Shown: positions 1 to 11,796, numbered from the stretch's first letter. The stretch is 64,000 bases of DNA from an uncultured Verrucomicrobiae bacterium (GCA_963828525.1 CAWHEP010000004.1:64001-128000), one strand, 5' to 3'. Translations and numbers: made by a program. Notes: a model not told the origin generated them from the sequence alone.

Positions 1-1
1 C

Positions 2-674
2 GACATACAGAAAGAGGGACAGCAGGTCGCGGAACAGCAGCAAGACGCGAAAAATCACGCTGCCGCGGCGGATTCCGCGAAGATCTCCGCGGAGGCCCGC
101 GCGGATGCCGCTCTCCTACAAAGGAAGGCCGCCAAACAGCAGGCCGATGATTTGCGGCAGCGCCTTGTTAAAGTGCGCCAGGAGGTGGGCGGCCTGGGGG
201 TGTTGCTTGCCGGGCTGAACTCCGCCCGCGCGAAAGCCGCGAAGCTCAACGCGAGCGAAGCAGTGGAATCTCAGCTCGTTGATATCCGCGGAGCCCTTGC
301 GACCACCCTCAGCCGGGTTCAGACTCAGATTGATGAGGCGCTCTCAGCGGATGAGATCACCGCGCACATCTATATATTCATTGGAGAGGAACGGCAGCGC
401 GACGCAGCCGTCGAAACGAAGGCTCAGATAGAGGGCGCTGGCCTCGGAACTGCGACTATCGCCAAGAATGGCTCACGGAAGGTCGATTCCACGGAGGTTT
501 GCTACTTCCGGGACCCGCAGGATAAAGAGGAGGCGGCGCAAAATCGCTTCTTTTGTGACGAAACAACTCAGGCAAGCTGATGCCCGGGTGACGTTCCTTC
601 CGGGGGCAGAGTACGGCGGAGGCGCGCGTAATTTCCAGATCTGGCTCTCGCGTTCGCCCCGGAGAAGCGAGTAG
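2..674 (+). CDS. Partial gene (5' end outside window): coiled-coil region plus small C-terminal LytR_C-like domain; apparent frameshift near 540
   Basis: The frame is open from base 2 into ORF 152..580 (Ala/Gln-rich heptads, then HIYIFIG..TEVCYFR..DKEEAAQ). A plausible continuation IASFVTKQL..NFQIWL lies in ORF 468..674. Confidence 0.45.
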
Positions 675-773
675 GCCGCCGCAAGCGGTTGCCGGGCGGT
701 ATTGGTGTGACAGGGTTGGAGAGAAGGACGGATTCACACAACCATCTTCGCGCAGGGATTCGAAAATTACGGT

Positions 774-1262
774 ATGAAACTAGAAACACTCCAAGACCTG
801 TACATACACGAACTAAAGGATCTGTTCAGCGCTGAGAACCAGCTCATCAAGGCGTTGCCGAAGATGGCTAAAGCCGCGTCCAACCCGGATTTGGCGGCGG
901 GATTCAAGATGCATCTCGAACAGACCAGGGAACACGCCGCCCGCCTCGAGCAGGTGCTCGCCAGTCATCAGCAATCCACCCGTGGCAAAAAGTGCAAAGG
1001 AATGGAAGGTCTCATCGCCGAAGGCGCTGAGATGATCGAGGAAGAGGCTGAGGATGAGGTGCGTGACGCGGGGCTGATCTCTGCCGCTCAGCGAGTTGAG
1101 CATTATGAAATGGCGGGGTATGGCTGCGCAAGAACGTATGCCGAGATCATCGGCGACAAAGAAGGGGCGAAGCTCCTCCAGCAGACGCTTGAAGAAGAAT
1201 CGATGACGGACAAGAAGCTGACCAGCCTCGCGAAGTCGGCCATCAATGTTGGCGCTGCTTAG
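774..1262 (+). CDS. yciF: Ferritin-like DUF892 stress protein (YciF family)
   Basis: LQDLYIHELKDLFSAENQL, HLEQTREH, AAQRVEHYEMAGYG motifs. Confidence 0.9.
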   Translation: MKLETLQDLYIHELKDLFSAENQLIKALPKMAKAASNPDLAAGFKMHLEQTREHAARLEQVLASHQQSTRGKKCKGMEGLIAEGAEMIEEEAEDEVRDAGLISAAQRVEHYEMAGYGCARTYAEIIGDKEGAKLLQQTLEEESMTDKKLTSLAKSAINVGAA

Positions 1263-1269
1263 CGAATAA

Positions 1270-2313
1270 TCACCCGTGCAAACGCAATAGCCTCGCGACA
1301 TGCGAGGCTTTTTGCTGTACCTGATCCATCCCGCATTGGGAGGGTGCTTTATCAGGGCGCCAGCGGTGCAGGCTGGTTCCGTGTCGGAATCGATCGCCGC
1401 TAAAATGGTCGTAGCAGACCTCCACAACGAAATGCGGTTCCAGAGGCACCCACTCAGCGGACTTTTCAGAAGCCCATCGGCTCGGGCCTCCCGGTGCTCT
1501 TCCCGTAAACCCCGGTGACTTCACAAAAGGGAGCAGCCTGCCAGTGAGAGCAGGCGCTTCCGCCCGCTTTAGAGCAGACGTAAATCCAACGTGGTGCAGC
1601 AACCTCTTATCATCATAGAGACCCAGGAGGAGCGAACCGACGCTGTCCTTGCCTGCCGCATAGCGGAACCCGCCCACCACGCAATCCGCGCTCCTGTAGT
1701 TTTTCACCTTCACCATCCCGGTTCGCTGACCGGCGGCGTATGCAATTCCCGTCTGCTTCGCGATGATCCCATCCAGCGTCGCCCCTGTTTGTCGAAGCCA
1801 CTCTTGCGCTCCTGCCGGGTCGAGGGTCATCGGCGAAAGCGCGATCCGCCCGCCCGCTGGGAAATGATCCTTTGCGAAGGCCTCCAACAGGACGCGCCTC
1901 TCTGAAAGAGGCTCATCTACGATCGTTACGCCGCCCTCGCCAACCAAAAGATCAAAAACGATTAACAGCGCCGGCGTCTCTGCGGAGAGCTTTTTGATTC
2001 TACTGCTCGCGGGATGCACCCGCTGCAAGAGGGCATCGAATGAGAATGACTCGTCTCCATCTGGAACGCATAGTTCTCCGTCTAACACGAACTCCTCCGC
2101 GTCCATCGCGAGCAGTTCGGTGACGACCTCTGGAAAGTATCGCGTGAGAAGCTTGCCAGCTTTCGACTGAAGTTCGACTTTGCCTCCTTCGCGAAACGCG
2201 ACGCAGCGAAATCCATCCCATTTTGGTTCATATTGCCATTGGGAGCCGGCAGGGATCTCGTCGGCGGAAAGGGCCTCCATCGGCAGGAAAGGTATGTGAA
2301 TCGGAAGCGCCAT
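1270..2313 (-). CDS. ATP-dependent DNA ligase (LigC-like)
   Basis: EPKWDGFR adenylation motif, LDGE, FDLL, GSLLLGL, PGGPSRW, FRHGT..RWRPDK. Confidence 0.9.
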   Translation of the reverse strand: MALPIHIPFLPMEALSADEIPAGSQWQYEPKWDGFRCVAFREGGKVELQSKAGKLLTRYFPEVVTELLAMDAEEFVLDGELCVPDGDESFSFDALLQRVHPASSRIKKLSAETPALLIVFDLLVGEGGVTIVDEPLSERRVLLEAFAKDHFPAGGRIALSPMTLDPAGAQEWLRQTGATLDGIIAKQTGIAYAAGQRTGMVKVKNYRSADCVVGGFRYAAGKDSVGSLLLGLYDDKRLLHHVGFTSALKRAEAPALTGRLLPFVKSPGFTGRAPGGPSRWASEKSAEWVPLEPHFVVEVCYDHFSGDRFRHGTSLHRWRPDKAPSQCGMDQVQQKASHVARLLRLHG

Positions 2314-2393
2314 CAGCCAGAAGCGAATCGCTCAGGCGCATCTTTTTAGCCGCCTCACCGTTCGAGAGTGCCAGTTGGCGCGATTCATTAGAG

Positions 2394-3308
2394 ATGCCAT
2401 CCAAGTCTGAAATCACGATCGAAGGCAAACACCTCATGGTGTCAAACCTGCAGAAGGTGCTGTATCCACGCCATGGCTTCACCAAAGGCGCCATGATTGA
2501 CTACTACATCAATGTCGCTCCAGTCCTTCTTCCTCACCTTCACAACCGCCCCATCACGCTGAAGCGCTACCCGGACGGCGTGGAAGGTTTCTTTTTCTAC
2601 GAGAAGCAGTGCCCGTCCCATCGGCCTTCATGGGTGCAAACCACCACTGTGGCAAGCAGGCGCGAAGCGGGGAAAATTGACTACTGCGTGGTCAATGATC
2701 TGCCCACCCTTGTCTGGGGCGCCAATCTGGCGGACATCGAATTACACACTTTCCTCCATAGGGGACCGAAAATTCAGCGTCCAACCATGATTGCTTTTGA
2801 TCTCGATCCCGGGCCGCCGGCATCAGTTTCGCTTTGTTGTCGTGTCGCGCTCTGGTTGAAGGAATATCTGGATTCGGTAAATCTTGTGGCAGTCCCTAAA
2901 ACCTCGGGATCGAAGGGCCTTCAGATATACGTCCCCCTGAACACCCCTGTCGATTACACCGCGACGAAATCCTTTGCGCATGCTTTGGCTCAGATGCTCG
3001 AAAGGCTGCACCCGGACACCGTGGTGTCCAAAATGGAGAAGAAACTGCGCAGCGGGAAGGTGCTCGTGGACTGGAGCCAGAACGATGAGCACAAGACGAC
3101 AGTTTCGGCGTACTCACTTCGCGCGAAGGAAACGCCGACGGTTTCAACTCCGGTGACGTGGGAGGAGGTGCGTGAGGGTATGGAGGAGAAAAATCCGCTG
3201 GTGTTTGACGCGACCGCAGTTCTCGAAAGGGCGCAAAAGCTCGGTGACCTCTTCGCGCCGGTGCTCACTCTCAAGCAGAAGCTTCCCAAGCTTGCTCCCG
3301 GTCTTTAG
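2394..3308 (+). CDS. Standalone LigD-type primase-polymerase domain protein
   Basis: VSNLQKVLYP, RYPDG, FYEKQCP, FDLDP, KTSGSKG, DWSQN, YSLRA..PTVSTP; likely start at ATG 2394. Confidence 0.9.
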   Translation: MPSKSEITIEGKHLMVSNLQKVLYPRHGFTKGAMIDYYINVAPVLLPHLHNRPITLKRYPDGVEGFFFYEKQCPSHRPSWVQTTTVASRREAGKIDYCVVNDLPTLVWGANLADIELHTFLHRGPKIQRPTMIAFDLDPGPPASVSLCCRVALWLKEYLDSVNLVAVPKTSGSKGLQIYVPLNTPVDYTATKSFAHALAQMLERLHPDTVVSKMEKKLRSGKVLVDWSQNDEHKTTVSAYSLRAKETPTVSTPVTWEEVREGMEEKNPLVFDATAVLERAQKLGDLFAPVLTLKQKLPKLAPGL

Positions 3309-3363
3309 CGAACGATAGTCTCCGGCGCGAACGGCCCTCCCTTTGAAGGTCACGCTCCTCAAG

Positions 3364-6300
3364 ATGCAACCTCCGCCCCTCACAGAGAAGTTATTGAGTG
3401 AAGCGGGGGGCTGGCAGGCGATGAAGCAGGCGCGGGCTCTCCTCGACATGGGCCGCGTTACGAGCTTTGCCTATACCCCGCCCGTTCTCACCGGCGTGGT
3501 CCGTGAAGCAGAGACCGATTATCGAGGGGGTCTCAAGATCTCAAGCGCCACCAACGTCGAAAATATCTGCCGGTGTCGCGCTTCACGAGAGTGGGGGACT
3601 ATCTGCGCGCATTCTTTGGCGATCGGGCTCGCGGTCATTCGCGCGAAATCCCCGCCCGCTGCTAAAGCGTCGGCCATGCCGCGGACTCTCGTTGCGGACG
3701 GGCCACTGTTCTCTACGGAGCCGGGGGCTGAGGACGCGCGGCTGTTCGTAGTCCTCCCCCCAAATCTTAAGCAGGGCTGGGAAAGAAACCAGGTAATGGT
3801 CGGGATCGAAGCCGAATGCGGCAACCGAAGAATCCTTGCGCACGCGCTCGCGGCCAGGAAAGTTTATCGCTGTGGCCCGGAAGATCTGCTGCTCGCGCGC
3901 AAGGTCTCCGAGCTGAACGGAGGCAAGCTTACAGGGATGCTCCTGCTGGACCGCGAGGGCTTTCTGACATTCCTGAACACGATCGTGGATCATACCCGGG
4001 TCACGCAGGGGAAGGGGACTGCGGTGAAGATAGCGCGAGAGCCGCTGCGTCCGGGTACCTGATCGCCCATTCCGATGAAGCTGGAGTCCTTCGGCTTCAC
4101 GCGGATTTTCCGCGTGACGCCAGTCTCCTGAGCGCCGGTTCCTTTAATTGGCTATTTGATAAGGCGGTTTTTCAGCAGATTGCCCCGGGCCTTCCCCCGG
4201 CTTACGCGAAACTCCTGGGAGGTGAAGTCATCCTGCAGCCGGTGGAGGCCGCAATCTTTGCCCACCAGGAGCTGCCCGGACTCGCGCGCTTCTTTGAAGT
4301 ACGTAAGGAGGGCGCGCCCCTTCGTGAAATCACCTTTGTCGCAGACGCGCCAAAGTTTACCCTGTCTCTGGAGGGATCCCTGAACTTCCTGACCGCGCGT
4401 TTGCAGGCTGGGTATACCCGCAGGGTGGTTACTCTCGGGCAGACCGACCCGGGGGAGCAGTTTTCGGCGCCGGATCCACTCCAGGGAGGTCGATTTCTCA
4501 CACGAAATCCGAAAGCGGAAACTGATGCTCTCGCCCGGCTGTCGAATGTTGGATTTACCATTTCTCGTGAGCCTGCGGGGGAATTCGTCCTGAAGGGAGA
4601 ACAGCGTGTTCTCAGGTTTCTCGCGGTGGACTTGCCGCAGATGGAGAAGATATGGGAGACATCACTGGGGACTCGCTTCACCCAAATCACGCGTCAGGTG
4701 GAACGCATCACGCCCAACATCGAGTTCACCTCATCCGGAGAAAACTGGTTCGAACTGAACATCAATCTGGCTGCTGAGGGCGGGCAGTCCTTCTCAAGCG
4801 GCGAGATACAGCGCCTCTTGCAGATGGGACAGGGGCATGTCCGGCTCAGAAATGGGAAGATCGGGATCTTTGACTCCGGAATGCTGGATGAGTTGAATAG
4901 CGCGCTTTCCGACTGCTCTCCGCGTCAGGCGCGGCCCGGGACATATCGGATGGACATGGCGCATGCATCCTATCTGGACTCCATCTTCAGCGACGCCGCT
5001 GTGGAGGTAAGTGGCAGGCCACCCTCCTGGTCGAGCGCGGGACGGCAGTTGGATGCGATGGAGCCAATCCCTCTCGGCTCCCTGGAGGAGGTGCTTCGCC
5101 CGTATCAGAAGCTCGGCGTTTACTGGATGAACTTCCTCGCCGCAAACGGGTTTGGCGGCATCCTTGCGGACGAGATGGGCCTTGGGAAAACTCTGCAGGC
5201 GCTCGCGTTTCTGCGTTCGACTACCGGCTCCGCGTTGATCGTTTGCCCCTCTTCGCTCATCGGAAACTGGCGCCGTGAAGCGGAGCGGTTTTGTCCCGAG
5301 CTGTCTGTCGTAGTGCTGGAAGGAGCTGGCCGCCACGCTCTTTTCGATAAGGCGCGAGACTCGCGTCTGGTCATCACAAGTTATCCACTCCTGCGCCGCG
5401 ATGTGGAGAGATATCGCTCCATGGAATTCTCCGCCATCATCCTGGATGAATCGCAGCACATCAAGAATCCAGACACTCAGAATGCCCAGGCTGCAGGGTC
5501 ACTTGTCGCCCGTAATAGGTTTGTTCTTACGGGCACGCCTATGGAAAACTCCGTTCGAGACTTGTGGTCAGTCATGAACTTCCTGATGCCCGGCTATCTC
5601 GGCAGCCGCGCGGACTTCAAGGAAAAATTTGAGATTCCCCTCCAGCAAGAAGCGACCTCCGCGCCGCTCCGGGCGCGTCTGGTCAAACGGCTTCGCCCTT
5701 TTATGCTGCGACGTTTGAAGAAGGACGTCGCGGCGGATTTGCCCGAGAAACTGGAGCAAATATCCTACTGCGAACTCACCGCCGATCAGGCCTCGGTCTA
5801 CCAGGAACTATTGCGGCAGAGTCGAGCGAGGATGGAAGAAGCTTCCTGCGAACAGAACCAGGGTCGCGCGCGGATTATCGCTCTCACTGCTCTGCTCAGA
5901 CTGAGACAGGCCTGCTGCGATCTCCGCCTCCTAAAACTTGACGGTGTCGACCCGGCCACCAGTTCCGCCAAGCTGGAACTCCTGGACGAGCTGCTTCAAG
6001 AGTCGATCGATGGCGGGCACCGGGTCCTGATATTCAGTCAGTTTGTGAGCATGCTTCATCTCATCAAGGAGCGCCTCGCTTCTGCAGGAACTTCTTTTTG
6101 CTATCTGGACGGGGCCACCAAGGATCGTCTCTCTGTCGTGGATAAGTTCCAGACTGATTCCTCCGTTCCCGTTTTTCTGATCAGCCTCAAAGCGGGAGGC
6201 GTGGGATTGAACCTGACGGGCGCTGACACCGTCATTCATTTCGACCCATGGTGGAATCCGGCGGTGGAAGCGCAAGCCACCGACCGGGCGCATCGTATTG

Positions 6301-6470
6301 GCCAGACAAACGTCGTCACATCATACAAACTCATATCTCGCGGCACAGTGGAGGAGAAGATACTTAATCTTCAGCAGAAGAAGCGCGACCTGATTGACGC
6401 GATGGTAGAGAGTGACGAGCCAATGATGGGTGGACTGAGCATGGGTGAAATCCAGACCCTGCTCTCGTAG
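3364..6470 (+). CDS. SWIM zinc finger + SNF2-family helicase; one gene with apparent frameshift near 4050
   Basis: CRC..ICAH SWIM motif in ORF 3343..4062; LADEMGLGKT, DESQHIKN, LTGTP, FSQF, QATDRAHRIGQ in ORF 3816..6470. Confidence 0.88.
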
Positions 6471-6477
6471 GTTGGCG

Positions 6478-6825
6478 TCAGGGTTGTCGCGGGATCTGCA
6501 TCAGAGGATCGGTAGCTTTCTCCTCTAGCGGCACTTCGAGCAGTTTCGAAGCGCGCTCCAGCCAGGTTTGAGCTTCTATCTTGGCGGCCGCGAGCCGGCT
6601 CTGGGCCTCTGCCAGGCTCGCGTTGACCGCTTCTGGCACTGCCGGCGTCATCGGATCGGCTGAAACGGTTAACAGTGAATCCCGCAGTGAGCACCCGATT
6701 ATCGTAGTGCCGGCGCCGACCACCTCCTCGAAGTGTTCGAAAATCTCTGGCGTGAGCTCTTCGTCCGTGCGGAACGTGACCGTCTTCTTTCGTTCATCTG
6801 CGGCGACAATGGACTTGATCTTCAT
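6478..6825 (-). CDS. Hypothetical protein
   Basis: Protein-like composition from MKIKSIV; fills the intergenic space; no recognised motif. Confidence 0.55.
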   Translation of the reverse strand: MKIKSIVAADERKKTVTFRTDEELTPEIFEHFEEVVGAGTTIIGCSLRDSLLTVSADPMTPAVPEAVNASLAEAQSRLAAAKIEAQTWLERASKLLEVPLEEKATDPLMQIPRQP

Positions 6826-6918
6826 GGCGTGTGTATACGAGATCGCCTGCAAGCGGGGAAGCGCGTTTGTAAATCGCCTTGTTACAGCGATCCACCTTAA
6901 GATTGCAAACGCCTCGAT

Positions 6919-7753
6919 TTACCTCGCCACCAATGTCACCCCATGATGCGGCACGTCTATCGTGACGTTGAATCGCGACAGTACGCCGGTGCCAAGAAGC
7001 CCGGCCTCCCCGGGGAATATTTCGTGATCGTGGACGGCGATCGGTATGCCTTTCAGGCGCGCGCCCCCCAGCTCCAGATCGGCTTTGCGCAAAAGCTGCG
7101 ACCTTGTGGTAAATGCGATGGACTTGGACGGTGACGAGAAGTGTAATGCCTTATCGGAAACGACTCGCGCCGCGTCGTTGCATCCGGTATCAAGGCGCAT
7201 CCAGCGTTCTCTTGCTCCATCCACCACCACCGGAATGCAGAACGCGCCGTTGGTTTCCCTGATTGGAATTTTGTGAGCCAGCGCCTTTTCTGCCGGGTCT
7301 CCGTCTAGGATGATAAGTTTTCGGGTGAAGTCGATCTCGACCCTGCGACTCCTGAAGAAGTCCGCTCCAATCAGGCCATCAATCGAGCGGCCGCTCGCGC
7401 GGCTGACATTGGAGAGATCGATAGCAAGAACGTTTCCGGAAAATGGGACCTCGCCGCACATCGCGCTGAAATCTTTCACCGGGTAGGCAATCGCTCGCGA
7501 CCCAACACCCATCACCCATTCCGGTCTGCCTGGCTTTGAGCCACACCGCGCCGGCCGTGGCCAAGCTCACGACAGACGAGCCTGCGCCCGAGTCCAGAAC
7601 AAAGGAGAAGTCCTTCCCGTTAGCTCGAACGCTGATCCAGACGAGGCCGTTCTGATACTCGAAAGGAAACACGTCTGATGCCGCGGCCTCTCTGATGAGA
7701 GAAATAGCCAACAACGCAACGGCGGTGATCCGGAAAATACAGCGAAAGCCCAC
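6919..7753 (-). CDS. Secreted two-domain retropepsin-like aspartyl protease; apparent frameshift near 7520-7550
   Basis: Signal peptide, FVLDSGAG..DGLIGADFF (domain 1), LDTGC..GLLGTGVL (domain 2), split over ORFs 7379..7753 and 6919..7515. Confidence 0.8.
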
Positions 7754-7921
7754 GCCTCGCGCGAAGCATGAATCAGTCCAAGTAGAGGGATCGTAAGCGT
7801 CCAGCCCGCATTCTTAGGCAATGGGGATTTATCTAAACCATAGGCGACAGCAAAGATGTACAGACAAATGGCGAATTTTGCTCGTTCAGAGCAAAATCCG
7901 CCATGAAGGGAAGCTGAGTTC

Positions 7922-8209
7922 TTACCTTACGCTCTGCACCCCGTGCGCGTTGTCTCGGATGTCAAACCCGTGGACGCGTTGGAAATCGGTCTGCGTGTTG
8001 CAGCAGCTCGCTCCGACGGAGCAGTCCCGCACAGACAGGCCGATCATCGGGTCGGTTTCCCGATAGAGAAACCTTTCAGAGCCGTGCCCTGTGTAGATTG
8101 CCTGCAACGTAGGTTCAGCGATAGCGCTGGCAGCCCCAAAGCTGGCAACCGTAGCTAATGTTAGAATGGCTTGTTTTAGTAGTTTCATAAATATCACTTT
8201 CATCTTCAT
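7922..8209 (-). CDS. Small secreted hypothetical protein
   Basis: Clear signal peptide (KLLKQAILTLATVASFGAASAIA) followed by a short mature region with three Cys. Confidence 0.55.
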   Translation of the reverse strand: MKMKVIFMKLLKQAILTLATVASFGAASAIAEPTLQAIYTGHGSERFLYRETDPMIGLSVRDCSVGASCCNTQTDFQRVHGFDIRDNAHGVQSVR

Positions 8210-8294
8210 ATTCGACGCGCGTCGATTGGATGGATGCAATCAAGGCTGCATCATTTTGTGAACGCCTTTCCCAAGCCGCGCTAAAAAGTGGGCG

Positions 8295-10171
8295 TTAATG
8301 GATCTTCTGCAACAGATCGAGCATCTGAACCATGTTCTGGCGAGAATCATCGCGTGATTCGTGTTTAGAGTGGGGAAAGACGTCTTCGCTTGTGAACCGG
8401 TCGCAAACGGCGGGACGATGAAACAAATGGTTGAAATGTGGAGAGGCTGGCATCCCGTCCAGCGCGGGGCGTCCCGCTTCGAGAACGAGCTTCTCCTCCT
8501 CTGGGAGCAGCGAAGCCGTTTTCGCCAATTCAAGGAATTTGCCAGCGTCAGCGTTCCCTTCAGCAGCCAGCAAAAACCCATAATAAGCGGCGACCGCTGG
8601 CTCAAGGAGCTCTTGAGGGGGAAGGGCCCGCATTGCCTGGAGCCCCTCTTCAGTATGACCATGCAGATACAAGGCGTATGCGTACGTAAGAGCGATGCGG
8701 GGGTCACTTGGGTGGTGGCTTGAGAGTTCTTCGGCGGCGTCTGCCGCGCTATCGAGGTCGATGCCGAGCAGGAGTGAGAGGAGAGCCCAATTACCCTTGG
8801 CGACAGGGTCATCGGGATTCAAACCCGAAATCCGCTGCCAGACTTTGCAAAGCTGGCGGGTGTCCTTGCTGGCCGCATAATTGCGCGCGAGCGTGTTGAG
8901 AGCGGCGCGTGGATCCTCAGAGGTGCCAGCTATTAACCAAAGCAGGTCATTCGTCTCCTTCCTCCAGCCCCAGCTTTGCGCCTTGCGCTCAAGAGTGAGA
9001 AGCCGCGCGGGCTGTATTTCCGCCAGCTTCACACTCATGCTCCACTGCTCTACCGAGGCGCTCTCTTCCCCAAGTTCCCGCAGCGCCCGGGCCTGGAAAG
9101 CAAGGCGCTGGAATTCGGCGTTGCCCCAGTCGAGCGGGCCTGTAGTGAACTTCTTTAGCGACTTCCAATCCAGAAGGAGAAGATATGCATCGGCGATTTC
9201 GACGGCCGCTGGCGGCTGGGACGCCACTTCTGTCGCAAGCCCTTTCATCCAGTCGTTCGCAACCAATGCCAGCCCCTGTTTGTTCGTCCAGGCAAGCAGG
9301 GAGCCGGTTTTCTGAGCGTCTGTCCCCGCTTCGGATTCGAGCTGCGCCAGATAAGGAGTAAACTTTGCATTCCCTGCCGCGCGCAGAACGCTCAGGTAAT
9401 ACAAGCGGTCGTCGAACTCCGCTTCCTTGTCGGACGCAAGTTTCTCGGCAAGCGCCAGACCTTCATCGCGCAAGCCCCGGACGGCGGAGTCTGTCGCGAG
9501 CACCCGCAGCACAGGAAGCCTCAGTTCCGCGTTTGTGCTTACCTTCTTCAAATCCCTTCGCGCGGCGTCCCGCTCAACCGGGTCGCGCGACTGCAATCCC
9601 AGTTGCGCCCTGTCAAAAACGTATTTGTCCTCCGTCGGATTCAGCCGAATGGCTTCGCTAAACTCTCTTTCGGCTTCCGCTCTGGCTCCCGACTCCATCG
9701 CGATTTTGCCAGCGATCTCATGGTAACGGGCATCGCCCTTGTCAGCGGGCGTCATTAGCGCGACTGCCTTTTTCGCCTGCGGCGCGTCGTGGAACCGCAG
9801 AGCCGCAGTCGCCCAAGCGCAGAGATGGTCGAATGATGATCCCTGCGGCAGGTCACAGACACGCCTCCAGAGGCCCACCGCCTCGCGGGCGCCTGCTCTA
9901 TCCCCGATCTCGGCATAGAGCACGCTCGCTTCCAGGTTACTGGGGTGCGGCCCTATAACCTTGTGCAGGCGTAACGCGGCCTCTTTGTAATCCTTCTTCT
10001 CCATCAACACGCGCGACTCAGCGATCAGCGCGCCTGATGATGTTTGGAGTAAACGCGCGGCCCGAACCAGCACACGGGCGGCAGGACCACCGCAAGCCCG
10101 AGCATCAGCAAAAGCAGCATTCTCTTGATCTTCGCGTCCTTTTCGGGATCGAGCGGATTTATGGCAGCCAT
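8295..10171 (-). CDS. Membrane-anchored TPR-repeat protein; apparent frameshift near 10030
   Basis: TPR-like helices throughout ORF 8295..10073. Manual translation from ATG 10171 gives MAAINPLDPEKDAKIKRMLLLLMLGLAVVLPPVCWFG (TM anchor) in another frame, overlapping the upstream stop. Confidence 0.75.
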
Positions 10172-10956
10172 GCGAAATTTCCCAGGTTCATCTTTTCTCC
10201 AGAGTCACACATTTCCACGAAGCGTGGAGCACACCATCCATACCACTGCAGCCATGTCCGCCGCAGATTGTCTGCGGCCTCTTCCCGGGAACCGCCGGCG
10301 AGAGTGACAGAAACGTCCGCGAGAACGCACCGGTCGTCTGGCAGCAACGCCTCTCCCATCAGCCACCTTCGCAACCTGTGCCCACTCATCTGCTCCAGAT
10401 ACGCGCTTCGCGCAAACTCGCGAGGCGTCACCACGCTTCTCCCGCTGGCCATGATTATCCCTGTTAGATGAAGGTGATCGCCATCCTGCCAGATGCCGTA
10501 CGAGCCCGTGTCGACACTGCTGCGCATCTCCACAACCCCGTTACTGGTGGAGTCACGTTTCAGATTGCGTTTTACCCGTCCGAGAGGGTCAACCAGAAAG
10601 CGGAGGCCGACGTCCAGCGGCAGATAGCCAGAGGGAGGCATTCTCTGAAGCAGCGTCGGATCAGCCACATGAAGCAGGCGGGGCTCCGCGATGAATCTCA
10701 ACTCAATCTCCATCGAGTCGTGGATGTGGTAATAGCGCGCCTGTATCGCGTGGTCGGCCTTTTCGCTTTCCGTTTTTGCAATCGGGAAGTTCTCGTCCGC
10801 GCGCCAGTCGGCGAGAGGGGATTCCTGAGGGAAGTTGAAGACCGGAAAACTTGGATCGAGCGGCCGTCGAAGAACAAGCGTTCTGCCCAGCACTCCCACT
10901 GAGCCCGCGCAGACCAGAATCAACAGGACGATGCGAGCCTTACCCCAAAGCGACAT
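10159..10956 (-). CDS. Cyanoexosortase A system-associated protein-like
   Basis: N-terminal TM, FNFPQESPLADW, GSYGIW, RWLMG..DDRC, C-terminal WLQWYGWCAPRF; adjacent to an exosortase. Confidence 0.7.
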   Translation of the reverse strand: MSLWGKARIVLLILVCAGSVGVLGRTLVLRRPLDPSFPVFNFPQESPLADWRADENFPIAKTESEKADHAIQARYYHIHDSMEIELRFIAEPRLLHVADPTLLQRMPPSGYLPLDVGLRFLVDPLGRVKRNLKRDSTSNGVVEMRSSVDTGSYGIWQDGDHLHLTGIIMASGRSVVTPREFARSAYLEQMSGHRLRRWLMGEALLPDDRCVLADVSVTLAGGSREEAADNLRRTWLQWYGWCAPRFVEMCDSGEKMNLGNFAWLP

Positions 10957-11796
10957 TTTGCTCCGACTCGGGCGTATCGTTGTGTCTGCCCATAACAAAG
11001 AAGCGGTATAAAAGGATGAAAATGAAAACGGACCCGCTTTCAAAAACAAGCGCGCCATCACCTTCGTGCCAATATTCAAAGGCCGTGTGATTGCTGGCGC
11101 TTACGAGACTTATGAGGAGCGCCACCCGAAACGCGTTGACAATGAAAGCCACCGAGACAGCCCCTAGTACCGTTGCGACGCCGACGAGCAGCTTATCAGG
11201 CGGGAAGATGATCAGCAGCAGGAACGCCAACCCGAACAGGAAGAACATGGATCGGGCGCCAGAACACCCCTCATACACCGCGACGGTGCCGGCATTTGTG
11301 GTGACAATGACTTCGTGCACTGAAGCTTCCACTCCAAGGAAGCGCACGATGCCAGCGCCAGCTACAGCGGTGAGCGGAGAAACATGAAGTCCAACCACGT
11401 CAAACGCGACCAGGCGCAATAGGGCTGGTATCGTCGGGAACAACAGGACCGAGAGTTCCTGCCAGTATTGCCTCAAGCCGCCAAACCCGGAAGCTATCAA
11501 GGCCAGCGCGACGCCCCAGGGTATGGCGCGAGCGACGCGAACAGGGTGCCCGGCGCGGACATGCTTTTAAAAAGCAGCAAACCCAGCAGCAACGCGCCGA
11601 GCAGCGTGGGGACGGGGCCGCTCTCGAGTTTTAGCTTATCCTTTTTATTCCACAGCGTGTATGCGAGCACCGCGCAGCAGAGTGTCGCGATGCGGAGCAC
11701 GTCGAAAGGCAGTTTGCTCCAGGAAGCGAATTGTAACCCGAGTATCGCAAGCCCTGCAAAACAGAGCAGCGCCTTGACTGTCGTATTCGGTCGCAT
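10940..11796 (-). CDS. Exosortase (cyanoexosortase A-like); apparent frameshift near 11510
   Basis: Multi-TM; catalytic triad motifs VAVYEGCSG, VNAFRVALL, FEYWHEGDG; split over ORFs 11497..11796 and 10940..11500. Confidence 0.85.

Noticed and set aside
4040..4065. Programmed frameshift separating SWIM from SNF2
   Set aside because: No slippery heptamer is evident, and similar breaks occur throughout the window, so sequencing error is simpler.
3364..6470. SNF2 helicase as part of an anti-phage defence system
   Set aside because: The SWIM-SNF2 architecture is a widespread chromosomal type, and there are no methylase, nuclease or other defence partners nearby.
6868..6886. TGTAA-N9-TTACA palindrome as a TyrR-like site
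   Set aside because: The arms are short and the spacing does not match the TyrR consensus; likely chance.
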